Shown: in pieces, positions 7,723 to 16,819 of the stretch | Numbering within the stretch: position 1 is the stretch's first letter | Layout: each line of letters starts with the position of its first letter | Assembly: GCA_964510585.1 (NCBI GenBank) | Contig: CAZECW010000156.1 | Span: 1-24,455, forward strand | Length of the DNA: 24,455 nucleotides | Reading direction: 5' to 3' | Source: an uncultured archaeon | GTDB taxonomy: Archaea; Asgardarchaeota; Jordiarchaeia; Jordiarchaeales; Jordiarchaeaceae | Translations under genes and position numbers: made by a program | The notes under the pieces: generated by a model | What the model saw: only the letters and a program-made list of their open reading frames with translations | Database searches by the model: none | What the model was told of the DNA's origin: nothing

Positions 7723-8619
7723 CTAATTGTAAGTGTGTTTTGGTTTTGTTTCTAAGATGTTAGTTTTGTTGCGTGTAACGAATCGTTCAAGAACCACTAG
7801 GATCACAACATGCATTGGTATTATCACTAAAAAGAGTGGATTTGCACCTAGCCCCCTTATTAATAATCCTAGAGATATTACTATGGGTATAAAGAAGCCT
7901 ATGCCCATTACTATGAGTAAGCGTGCTTCGAGTTCTAATGTATGCCTTTGATATTCGTTTCTAATTTCACGCTGTGCGATTCTCACGGTTTTTTCAGCGA
8001 AATCATCAGAGATTTCTGTAGATTTTAGTATTGTGGGAATGTGGATTTTTAGGGTTTCTGTGGGTTGATTGTGAGCAAAGTTTACAAGCAACTTCTCTGG
8101 TTTTTCGCCCGAGTTAACCCAGTTTGCTATTTTTTTGAATTCCTGAGAAATAAGGGGATAATCCGCATTAGCTACAAATAGAATAAAATCAAAAATCGAC
8201 CCCGTGGAAGACAATACGAAGAGGAGTTCTTCCAAAATGAAGTCAGCGTAGCGAGCCACTGTCCAACGATTTTCGGTATATTTCTTCGGAAAATACGTCA
8301 ATACATAATTGCATGCAAAAATGAACATTGCTAGTGAAAGCACAGCAGCTAATAGTATATTAAAAAAAATTCCTACAGTTAGAGTCAAAATAGATAGGAA
8401 AAGGCCGAGTCCTAATGCGCCTCCAGCAACTTCTTCGGCTGTGACTTGCCCTTCTTTAAAAAAATGGTCTATAGAAAGTATCAACTCTCTTGAGACCATT
8501 CTTTTACCAATTTTTCGTAAAGTATTATTTTTTCCGAAGAATTTAGATACTCTGACTATAGGTTTTGATTTTATAACCTTTTTATTTCTTCCATTATTGT
8601 CCTTCTTATACTTTCCCAA
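7723..8619 (-). CDS. Type II secretion system F domain membrane protein (TadB-like)
   Basis: N-terminal TM pair, then STGSIFDFILFVANADYPLISQEFKKIANWVNSGEKPEKLL (T2SSF pattern), then a C-terminal TM pair. TTG start after GGAGTGG; overlaps the ATPase end by 49 nt. Confidence 0.78.
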   Translation of the reverse strand: MGKYKKDNNGRNKKVIKSKPIVRVSKFFGKNNTLRKIGKRMVSRELILSIDHFFKEGQVTAEEVAGGALGLGLFLSILTLTVGIFFNILLAAVLSLAMFIFACNYVLTYFPKKYTENRWTVARYADFILEELLFVLSSTGSIFDFILFVANADYPLISQEFKKIANWVNSGEKPEKLLVNFAHNQPTETLKIHIPTILKSTEISDDFAEKTVRIAQREIRNEYQRHTLELEARLLIVMGIGFFIPIVISLGLLIRGLGANPLFLVIIPMHVVILVVLERFVTRNKTNILETKPKHTYN

Positions 8620-10814
8620 TCAACCACTCCCTTCTCCATTTCTTGTTCTGAAATTAATGCATAAAGACTGTGGAAAATCGAAATGTTCCTTGATAAATCA
8701 AAGATTTCATTTTCAGCCAAAACTGAGAATACTTGTTGGTATGTTTCTAATTCACTGAAAAATGATTTTTCATCTATATAATTTAGGCTTTTTATTTTTT
8801 CAAGCGTTGGTGTATTATATAATTCGCAAGAAAGAATCAATTCTTGCTCTTTAGGTTTCCATAGAAAAATATCTTTAATGACATCTTGGGAAAGAACACT
8901 TTGAATATCTTTAAACATCTCCCTATTTTTAAAATCAATCTCGCAAACACGTAATACCTTTCTTTCTCTCCTAAAATAGCTCTTCAAACGGTTAATCTGA
9001 ATTATTATACATAAGTCCCGTAAACATGAAGGAGAAACGCCATGATGAACAACCCAACGTAGAATCATATCCTCAACTGACGCTCCATGACAAGTTTGCA
9101 GTCCCGATATCCCTGAAGAAAGAGCGTGAAACATTGCTTGACTATCTTGGGCGGTTTGTATCTCTCCTAAAAACACCCAATCAGGAGAGCGATGAAGCAG
9201 GCGTATAATCTCCTTGCTTTTGTTGCGCCTTTTAATATCCTCTCCTTCGAATGGTTCAACTTTAAAACGAGCTTGATGATTCCCATATTCTGATTGAGGG
9301 ATACTCTCTATTACATCTTCTAAGTAAATTTTTCTCCAGTCAGGGGGAGTTAATATATCCAGAGCGTTTATTAGAGTTGTTTTTCCTGCTCCGGGTTCTC
9401 CTATTACAGTAATGTTCATTCTTCGTAAAAGACAAAAGAGTAGATATGCAGCTGTTTGCGCATTTAAAGTTTTATTATTTATAAGTTCTGGAATTGTGAA
9501 GGGATTCTTCCTTAGCTTTCTAAAGTCTAGGTGTACACCCTCTGGCACTAGAGGTGAAATATCTATAGAACTCCTAACATGAAAATCATCTGTTATTATT
9601 TCAGTTTTAAGGGATGGTTTTGATTCATCAAGTTGTATTTCGCTTTCCGCTCTTATACGCGTAATAATCCTCTCAATTTCTTTCTCAGTCAAAGATATTG
9701 AAGCCTTGCATCTGCCCCATGTTCTGTGGTCTAAATAGATATTTGTGCCTTCTCTATCCAAATAGAACTCTTCCACATTTGGATCAAGAAGTAGAGGCGC
9801 GATGCGACCTATACCTATACTTTCATAGCTAAACATTTCAGCTATTTTCTCAGAAGAGGTAGCGGGTATTTCAGGATACTTGAAACGTAAAAAGTTTAGG
9901 GCATCATTTTTTCTTATTTTAATTACTTCGCCCATCTTAAAAAATCCTTTTTTATTTGTGAGAATTTGATTAACCGCATGTTCAGTGATTATCTCTTTAA
10001 GAATGTTTTTTCCAAATAACTTTGTATCCATCTTGTCAACGTGGTAAAACTTCTCAGTTGAACTTCTAACTAAAAATATTGTGATGATGTACGGTCCGAC
10101 CTCATACGTATCTATTAGGATTCTATTCTCTAATTCATTTTCGTTACTTATGCTCGGCGCTTCTATTTGAATAGAGGAGAATAAATAATTGTATAAAACT
10201 TGCCTCGGCTTATTCTTGATACTTGGTCTAAGGGTGTTATATCTTTTTATAAGCTTGATTTCTTCTAGTGGCATACTGAGGTTTTCTAGTATAGATGCAA
10301 ATTCATCAAGACATCTAGAACAACGGTTTTTCTCTGTAGCGAGCGCTTTACTATGAGATTCCTCTCGTTTAAGTTCCAAGTAGGCTTTTATTGGATCCTG
10401 ATAAATAAGCGCATTTTTGTCATTGTTACCAAATATCATATCTAGAAATGATTTCCTTTCATTTTCGCATATACTACCTTTGGGGCAATCTATTTGAACT
10501 AATTTACTAAATTTGAGCTTCTCTTTAAAAATTCTAGAAATTACCTTTGCAGTTTCTAATAAATATTCAGTCTGGACTTTACTAAAACTATTAGTTATAA
10601 CGGGGGAAAAAAATACTATTTCGTCAACACTATTTTCCTCTTTTAAAATTCTAAGACACTCGGACATACATGCAGGACTGCTTTTCGGATCTGATTCATT
10701 TATATTTTCACACTGCTTATCACACTTGAATATTAATTTGCAAATAACTTTACTATCTTTTCTCTCAAAAACTCGCTCAATTTTTGTACAATTTTTTTGA
10801 GTACTTGTCCACAT
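8571..10814 (-). CDS. Type II/IV secretion-family ATPase (TadA/CpaF/VirB11-like) with a long Cys-rich N-terminus
   Basis: Walker A GEPGAGKTT, Asp box LEDVIE, Walker B VFLGEIQ, His box QTCHG. Also LLLDPNVEEFYLD and LDFRK. Confidence 0.92.
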   Translation of the reverse strand: MWTSTQKNCTKIERVFERKDSKVICKLIFKCDKQCENINESDPKSSPACMSECLRILKEENSVDEIVFFSPVITNSFSKVQTEYLLETAKVISRIFKEKLKFSKLVQIDCPKGSICENERKSFLDMIFGNNDKNALIYQDPIKAYLELKREESHSKALATEKNRCSRCLDEFASILENLSMPLEEIKLIKRYNTLRPSIKNKPRQVLYNYLFSSIQIEAPSISNENELENRILIDTYEVGPYIITIFLVRSSTEKFYHVDKMDTKLFGKNILKEIITEHAVNQILTNKKGFFKMGEVIKIRKNDALNFLRFKYPEIPATSSEKIAEMFSYESIGIGRIAPLLLDPNVEEFYLDREGTNIYLDHRTWGRCKASISLTEKEIERIITRIRAESEIQLDESKPSLKTEIITDDFHVRSSIDISPLVPEGVHLDFRKLRKNPFTIPELINNKTLNAQTAAYLLFCLLRRMNITVIGEPGAGKTTLINALDILTPPDWRKIYLEDVIESIPQSEYGNHQARFKVEPFEGEDIKRRNKSKEIIRLLHRSPDWVFLGEIQTAQDSQAMFHALSSGISGLQTCHGASVEDMILRWVVHHGVSPSCLRDLCIIIQINRLKSYFRRERKVLRVCEIDFKNREMFKDIQSVLSQDVIKDIFLWKPKEQELILSCELYNTPTLEKIKSLNYIDEKSFFSELETYQQVFSVLAENEIFDLSRNISIFHSLYALISEQEMEKGVVDWESIRRTIMEEIKRL

Positions 10815-10995
10815 ATATTTCCCAAAATATTCTAAAAATAAGATATTTAAGTGCCACGCTCAATCAATCCTTTTTTATGATAAGAAATTCTGCAATATTT
10901 GTGGGGTTTAAATAGTAGTTAGCCTTGAAAAAGGGAGGAGAGAAAAATCGTAATTTAGACAGACAATAATACAAAAAATTGAAGTAGGTGAGATA

Positions 10996-11211
10996 ATGTA
11001 TAGAAAGGCTCTAAATTTTATCTTAGAGTTGATAGAAGATAATAAGGGTTCACCGTTGGTTGAGGAGGGAATTTTAATAGGTTTAGCAGTACTTAGTTTA
11101 ACCGTATTGATAGGAATAATTCTAAGTGTGCTTGGTTGGACAAGCAACTCTATAACAAACATTTTCAATTATCTAAACCGCGTTGCGAACGGTTTTTTTG
11201 TATTACCGTAA
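10996..11211 (+). CDS. Small Flp/Fap-like prepilin with class III signal peptide
   Basis: Leader ends LIEDNKG, followed by SPLVEE (Glu at +5) and a hydrophobic stretch of about 20 residues. Predicted mature length 53 aa. AGGTGA SD upstream. Divergent from the ATPase. Confidence 0.75.
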   Translation: MYRKALNFILELIEDNKGSPLVEEGILIGLAVLSLTVLIGIILSVLGWTSNSITNIFNYLNRVANGFFVLP

Positions 11212-11291
11212 TCTTGAAAATGTTAGAACTAGAATAAGAATACATTTTCATACCGATTAAAAAGGAAATCTTACCTTTCAACAAGATTTTT

Positions 11292-11442
11292 TGGTGCTCC
11301 GGCCGGGAGGTTCGGATCAACACACGGTGTTAATCATTCGAACCCGGGTCGAGGAGGCGAGTAGGCAGGCGTTCTAATCGACCGCCAAAAGCCCCTTATG
11401 CTTAGCCAGTAATCTTATTTGGCCGGACTACACCACCGGAGC
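11292..11442 (-). tRNA. tRNA-Glu(UUC) with three introns (positions 21/22, 34/35, 59/60) and encoded CCA
   Basis: Removing 11402-11418 (17 nt), 11361-11388 (28 nt) and 11309-11336 (28 nt) leaves a 78-nt cloverleaf: GCTCCGG TG GTGT AGTCCGGCCAA GCAT A AGGGG CTTTCGC CTCCT CGAC CCGGG TTCGAAT CCCGG CCGGAGC ACCA. Each intron has a 4-bp central helix with 3-nt bulges. Confidence 0.92.
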
Positions 11443-11470
11443 TCCCTGTCAGAGGTTTAAACGCCCTTTA

Positions 11471-11485
11471 GGTATTAAATTTTTC
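11471..11485 (-). promoter_or_regulatory. Candidate BRE/TATA promoter of tRNA-Glu
   Basis: The minus strand reads AGAAAAA-TTTAATAC about 30 nt upstream of the mature tRNA 5' end. Confidence 0.5.
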
Positions 11486-11603
11486 TATTTTAAATTTTCA
11501 GCATATTAAGATTCCCCTGGTGCTTCCTATCATAATTTCCTCCATTAGTGGAAATGCTGGTGAAAAAAGTGCTCCGTGCATTCTACACCTTTGTTTTATT
11601 TGT

Positions 11604-11738
11604 TATGAAAAACATTTTCATACTTTATCTGAACCGCGTAAGCGTATGGGAGTTTCCCATGAAAAACAATTTTTCATATTTCTGTCTAAAACGCTCTAGT
11701 GTGTGAGGTTTTTTATATTTGCTATAAAAACATGTTTT
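11604..11738. promoter_or_regulatory. Cluster of palindromes, candidate operator array
   Basis: TATGAAAA-ACA-TTTTCATA (11604-11622), ATGGGA-GTT-TCCCAT (11646-11660), ATGAAAAA-CAA-TTTTTCAT (11659-11677), AAAACATGTTTT (11727-11738). Confidence 0.5.
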
Positions 11739-11993
11739 CGTTCTTTGTCTAAGAAGCGCAGCTTATGTACGTTTTTATAGGCTTTGCTTGGGTTAAAGTT
11801 TTAATACTGGGTTTCTGTATTTTTTGTTATTTTTTTATTTAATACTTTCGGTTTACTCTCTTTCTACTATATATTTGTATTTTAAAAGGAATTATTTTTA
11901 TTCTTAATTTTGATAAAAATAATTTTAAAAATATATTTTTTATTAATTAAAAATTAATATATTAAAAGTATCTAAAAATATGGTGGTTTATTC

Positions 11994-12995
11994 TTGGACC
12001 AAGACAGCGAAAAATTCCTTTGCCCCGAATGTTCGGGTGCTTTAGTATTACATACTGGCGAATTTGTGTGTAGAGAGTGTGGTTTAGTTGTTTCCAAGCA
12101 GTATTTGGCACCTATTTTCGCTATAAATGAAGATGACTTATCAACCAACCAATATAAACACTATGTAGCATTGGGCAATAGGGTCCACCTAGTTGACGGT
12201 ATGGGTAGTTATATCGATTTTCAGCGTACTCCCTTCTTTTATGATGGTCAAGGTGCGCCTCTCTCTTCGGATAAACAGGCGTTGTACAGAAAATTAAAAT
12301 TCAAATACAGTCTACGTCTAAGAATAGATAAAAGAGAATCAGATTATAGAGCGTTAAAGTCACTGGATCATGTTACTTCCATGCTCCAAATTTCGAATTC
12401 TGTACGGGATAGGGCTGCTTATCTCTATCAAAAAGCAGTCAAAAAAATTAATAAAAAGATTTCGAATCACATAGTTCTCATTGCGGCTTGTCTTTTTTTC
12501 GCCATTAGAGAATATAAAGAACTAGCACCTTTAACAATACAAGAAATTACGCAAAGCTTTAAAAAATTAGGTCATAGAATAAGTGTAAAAAAAGTTATTA
12601 GAATAACCCTAGACTTAAGATCTTTATTCATAAGGGAGCATCCAAAAATCAGAAAGAGCGAAGATTATTTATGTAGAGTAATATCTGACGTAGTATCTTC
12701 CCCAATTATTGAAAGACGTTTAAAAGATAGAGACTTTAATACAGAAGAGTATAGAAATCTACTAATGAAAGAAAGTAACCACATATTAACTAAAGTCGGA
12801 AGTACCTCCCGTGGAGGAAGAAATCCATATATCTTTGCAGTCTCCACGGTTTATTGCGCGGACCGTATAATAGCTAAGAAAAAGGCTAAGAAACCAATTC
12901 TAACACAGAAAATCTTAGCCAAAATAACCAGAGTTGCAGAGTATAGTATTAGAGACCATTACACAACTGTTCTAAAAACTATGATAATGACTTAA
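11994..12995 (+). CDS. tfb: Transcription initiation factor IIB (TFB) homologue, divergent paralogue
   Basis: Zn ribbon CPECSG...VCRECGLVV. Cyclin repeats VRDRAAYLYQKA...LIAACLFFAIRE...TIQEI and GRNPYIFAVSTVYCA...LTQKILA...SIRDHY. Confidence 0.88.
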   Translation: MDQDSEKFLCPECSGALVLHTGEFVCRECGLVVSKQYLAPIFAINEDDLSTNQYKHYVALGNRVHLVDGMGSYIDFQRTPFFYDGQGAPLSSDKQALYRKLKFKYSLRLRIDKRESDYRALKSLDHVTSMLQISNSVRDRAAYLYQKAVKKINKKISNHIVLIAACLFFAIREYKELAPLTIQEITQSFKKLGHRISVKKVIRITLDLRSLFIREHPKIRKSEDYLCRVISDVVSSPIIERRLKDRDFNTEEYRNLLMKESNHILTKVGSTSRGGRNPYIFAVSTVYCADRIIAKKKAKKPILTQKILAKITRVAEYSIRDHYTTVLKTMIMT

Positions 12996-13236
12996 ATAGC
13001 CCCAATGGGTAACCTAATTTGCTCGGCAACTCTTCAGTTTCCTTCTATTACGCTCTTTAGGTTAGGAAAAAAGCTTTTTTGCCATCTTCTAAAAAGCAGT
13101 GAGAGACAAGCAACAATGCAAAAACGCAAGTGGGTTTCTTTTAAGGTGCCTTTGACTTTTTTGGAGTATCGAGACTCTCGTTTAATGAGCTGCAAGTAGG
13201 CTATTGTAGACGCAATATAGAGGATAGTGAAATTTT

Positions 13237-15195
13237 TTATTTCAATCTAATTGTTTCTAGATTCTGTGGTGCTCTAGTTTCTATTTTAAATACTTTGTGT
13301 GCTGTACTTGCTAGACTAATACATTTTGAATTTTCCCCATGGCAAGTGATTATTCTCTCGGGTTTGGGGGACAGCTTTCGAATATAGTCTAATAGTTGTC
13401 TCCTATCACTGTGCCCTGAGAAACCGTCTACCGTCTTAATATCGAGTCTCACATTCACCATTTCCGTTTTACCTTCTTTATTTTTCATAGGTATCTCTTT
13501 CCAGCCTTTCTGTACCCTGCGCCCGAGTGTACCTTCTACTTGATATGAGACAAATAGCAAAGTGTTTTTTGGATCGGGAGCCATCAGCTGGAAGTACTCT
13601 ACACTGGGCCCACCACTTAACATGCCAGAAGTAGCCATTATTATACAGGGATCTCCTTCTATGATGTCTGGCCTTGAGCTGGCTCCCTCTACTGGCTTGA
13701 AGTATTCTGCTAGAAAAGGATTGCTACCTTGATGGAAAATTCTTTCACGTAGATCCTTCGATAAATATTCTGGATGAGTTGTGTGGATAGCAGTAGCTTC
13801 GCTTATCATTCCATCTACATATATTGGAACTTCACGTAACATTCTTTTTCTCATATATTCCTCCAACACTAGAATGAGTTCTTGCGCTCTCCCCACAGCC
13901 AAAACAGGAATAAGCACTTTACCATTTCGGGATAGAGTTGCATTTATTATCTCCACCAGTTCTCTTTCAGCTCTTTTCCGTGAAGGCATTATATCGCTAG
14001 GTGCTCCATAAGTGCTTTCAATTATAATAGTTTCCAATCTTGGAAATGTGCTGCTTGCGGCCTCTAGTAGGCGGGACTTAGAAAATTTAATATCCCCGGT
14101 ATAAGCGATATTGTAAAGGCCGTCGCCTATATGTAAATGTGCAATCGCTGAGCCCAGTATATGTCCCGCATTATGAAGAGTGAGACGAATGTCTGGAGAT
14201 ATGTCTGTCACCTCACCATAATCTAGAGGTATGGTATGTAAAATTGCCTTTCTAACATCCTTCTGACTATAAGGTAGCAATTTTCCTTCGCGTTCTGCAA
14301 CATCTAGATAGTCTAATTGGAGGAGCGTCATTAGGTTCAGAGTAGGTTTAGTGCAATAGACGGGACCTTCATAACCATATTTAAATAAAAATGGTAAAAA
14401 TCCACTGTGGTCTAGATGAGCGTGAGTGATTATCACGGCATCTAAATTTTCCAAATCAAATTCAGGCAAGTCTATCCGCGGAAACGCCTGCAAAGAAACG
14501 CCTACATTAACACCGCAATCAATTAAAACCGAACTTTCAGCAGTTTGCACAAAAATTGCAGTCCGCCCTACTTCTCTGAAGCCTCCCAATGAGGTTATAC
14601 GTAACCAACCATCCTTAACTAATAAGGGGCGGTGTATTCGTCTACCAATATTTCTAAGTATTTGCTTTCTTGCTACACACTCTGTTTGCAAAGCATGTCT
14701 AATTTTAGATATCATTTCTGAGGCTAGTGGAGGAGTTCTAATTACTGAAGGCCTCCAAAGAACAGTCCTTGTTATTTCTTTTAGTGTAACTCCATTTCTT
14801 CCTATTACAAGGCCAGGCTTTTTCGCTTCAATTATAACTTCGCCCACATTTTCATCGAAATTTATATTCGTTATTTCAGCTTCGGGGTTAACTATTTTTC
14901 TTATTTTTTCCGCCGCTTCAGCGGGGGGCATTCTAACAGAAGGATCCGATCTAATTACCAACCTTTTACGTATGCGTTTTGCAAGCTCTTTAACAAGCTC
15001 GCTGTCATCGACCAAAATTTTGGGATTTTTAAGGTAGATTGCAATTTCTGGTCCTTCAAATTCTACTTCTGTAACATTAGCTTCTTTAGGTATTCCTTGT
15101 AAAATTGTATTTTTTACTTCGCTAAGAACTTCTTGTGATAACAACTTATGTCCTCCTTTGAGATCCAGAGAATATGTCCTTATTACCTTCCTCAA
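13237..15195 (-). CDS. fttA: Beta-CASP ribonuclease aCPSF1 (FttA) with N-terminal KH domains
   Basis: EFEGPEI, EAKKPGLVIGRNG (KH GxxG), SLGGFREVGR, HAHLDH, AGHILGS, ESTYG, FSGHSD. The likely start is TTG at 15144, after GGAGG. Confidence 0.96.
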   Translation of the reverse strand: MRKVIRTYSLDLKGGHKLLSQEVLSEVKNTILQGIPKEANVTEVEFEGPEIAIYLKNPKILVDDSELVKELAKRIRKRLVIRSDPSVRMPPAEAAEKIRKIVNPEAEITNINFDENVGEVIIEAKKPGLVIGRNGVTLKEITRTVLWRPSVIRTPPLASEMISKIRHALQTECVARKQILRNIGRRIHRPLLVKDGWLRITSLGGFREVGRTAIFVQTAESSVLIDCGVNVGVSLQAFPRIDLPEFDLENLDAVIITHAHLDHSGFLPFLFKYGYEGPVYCTKPTLNLMTLLQLDYLDVAEREGKLLPYSQKDVRKAILHTIPLDYGEVTDISPDIRLTLHNAGHILGSAIAHLHIGDGLYNIAYTGDIKFSKSRLLEAASSTFPRLETIIIESTYGAPSDIMPSRKRAERELVEIINATLSRNGKVLIPVLAVGRAQELILVLEEYMRKRMLREVPIYVDGMISEATAIHTTHPEYLSKDLRERIFHQGSNPFLAEYFKPVEGASSRPDIIEGDPCIIMATSGMLSGGPSVEYFQLMAPDPKNTLLFVSYQVEGTLGRRVQKGWKEIPMKNKEGKTEMVNVRLDIKTVDGFSGHSDRRQLLDYIRKLSPKPERIITCHGENSKCISLASTAHKVFKIETRAPQNLETIRLK

Positions 15196-15744
15196 TTAGG
15201 TATATTAATTGCTTTGAATTTTGGGCTATGATACGTTAAATCAGATATTATTAATAGTTGCTAAAAGTGTGATGCTTTTGTTCTATTTTTCTAAAGCGGT
15301 TCAGTGTTTCAGACAGGTATGAAATTATTCATACTTTTACATTTGCTTATTTGTGTTTCCCCAGCTTTTTGGAATTAAAGGTATTCGTATTTTGAAGCGT
15401 TTTAGAAGTGAGCATTTTAATAGCAAATATTGGGCACTTAAGTATCTAGCTGAGGAAAAATCGAATTTTAGAATTGCTACGTTCACTGAACATCCACTAG
15501 GTAATAAATATTTCGTAAAAGAATGGCAACGAGACTGCCAAATTTTTTATTATCCTCAGATTCATTTTTAAGTATGTAATGAATAAGATTTAATGTTCCC
15601 AAATTTTTATAGAAAACAAAAGGTTACGTCCTCTAGGCTTTAGGCCAAGGGGGCTTCGTAAAAAATTATCGTTTATAAATGCGAAAAACTCAAAGAGGAA
15701 TATTAATATTGTAGGGAATAATCAATAATGACTTTAGCCAATCG

Positions 15745-16812
15745 GTGAAAACTGAAATGAGATTACAATTTAAGACAGGAAAAAAGGCGCATATTCCAAT
15801 TTTGACCGAAGAAGGAGCTCTTGGCAGAGTAGGAGAAATCTGCTTGGGATTGGGCATTGCGGGTGGGGCTTTGATAGTTTCAGATCCTATAGTAATAAAG
15901 GTTACTGAAGATAAGATTTCCAATTCGCTTAAAGAATCAGGAATAGATTACTCATTTAAACTGATAGAAAGAGCTACAAAATTTGCTGTTGACCAAGTTA
16001 GAGAAGAGGTACGAAAATTAAAAAGCAAGGTAATATTGGGTGTGGGAGGAGGGGGAGTAATAGACGTATCAAAGCTTTCTGCTTCGCAGGAGAATATACC
16101 TTTCATTAGTATTCCAACTGCAGCTTCACATGACGGAATAGCTTCACCTCGAGCAAAAATTAATCACATCGCTCCATTTTCTATAGAGGCAAATTCCCCC
16201 ATTGCAATTATTGCAGATATTGATATTATATCAAAAGCGCCATACCGATTAACCGCATCAGGGTGTGGAGATTTAATAGCTAAGCTTACTTCTGTAAAAG
16301 ATTGGGAGCTAGCCCATTTGCGCAAAAATGAAAGATTCGACAAGCAGGCTGCAACTATGGCTAAAGAGAGTGGCGAATACCTAGTTAGAAATGCAAAATT
16401 AGTAAGGGACAAAACCAAAAAAGGCTACCAACTGGTGGTAGAAGGACTAATTAAAAGTGGAATTGCCATGGCCTTAGCGGGCTCAAGCCGTCCATCAAGT
16501 GGTGCTGAGCATATGTTTAGCCATAAACTTGACCAGATAGCACCGAATTCAGCTTATCATGGAGAGCAATGTGGAATTGGAACTATAATCATGATGTATT
16601 TGCATGGTGGTGATTGGAAAACTATAGTTGATACTCTAAAGACTGTTGGCGCACCTACAACTGCGAAAGATATTCATGTAGATAGCGAAATAATAATTAA
16701 AGCGATTTGTGGTGCAAAAGAAATTAGAAGTGATAGATATACCATACTTGATGAAAAAAAGATGAATCCAAAATTAGCAGAAGAAGCTGCAACAGTTACG
16801 GGGGTAATCTAA
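15745..16812 (+). CDS. egsA: sn-glycerol-1-phosphate dehydrogenase
   Basis: GVGGGGVIDVSK, PTAASHDGIAS, ASGCGD, SRPSSGAEH, HGEQCGIGT. The likely start is ATG at 15757, after GGTGA. Confidence 0.94.
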   Translation: MKTEMRLQFKTGKKAHIPILTEEGALGRVGEICLGLGIAGGALIVSDPIVIKVTEDKISNSLKESGIDYSFKLIERATKFAVDQVREEVRKLKSKVILGVGGGGVIDVSKLSASQENIPFISIPTAASHDGIASPRAKINHIAPFSIEANSPIAIIADIDIISKAPYRLTASGCGDLIAKLTSVKDWELAHLRKNERFDKQAATMAKESGEYLVRNAKLVRDKTKKGYQLVVEGLIKSGIAMALAGSSRPSSGAEHMFSHKLDQIAPNSAYHGEQCGIGTIIMMYLHGGDWKTIVDTLKTVGAPTTAKDIHVDSEIIIKAICGAKEIRSDRYTILDEKKMNPKLAEEAATVTGVI

Positions 16813-16819
16813 AGGATTT

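Noticed and set aside
11361-11392. Reading the tRNA as Lys(UUU) with a canonical 37/38 intron
   Set aside because: Positions 32-35 (CUUU) have no partner before the 3' splice site. The 34/35 junction gives a BHB and a UUC anticodon that fits the Glu-type body.
6967-11442. Pilus locus as an element integrated at the tRNA-Glu 3' end
   Set aside because: No duplicated tRNA 3' end (att) and no integrase were found. The only partial match (GTGCTCCG near 11569) is 8 bp and on the wrong side.
13005-13199. 64-aa ORF between tfb and aCPSF1
   Set aside because: No SD or motif; likely spurious.
15353-15571. 72-aa ORF where psmB might be expected
   Set aside because: No Ntn-hydrolase features, no SD and no recognisable family; cannot be supported, though not excluded.
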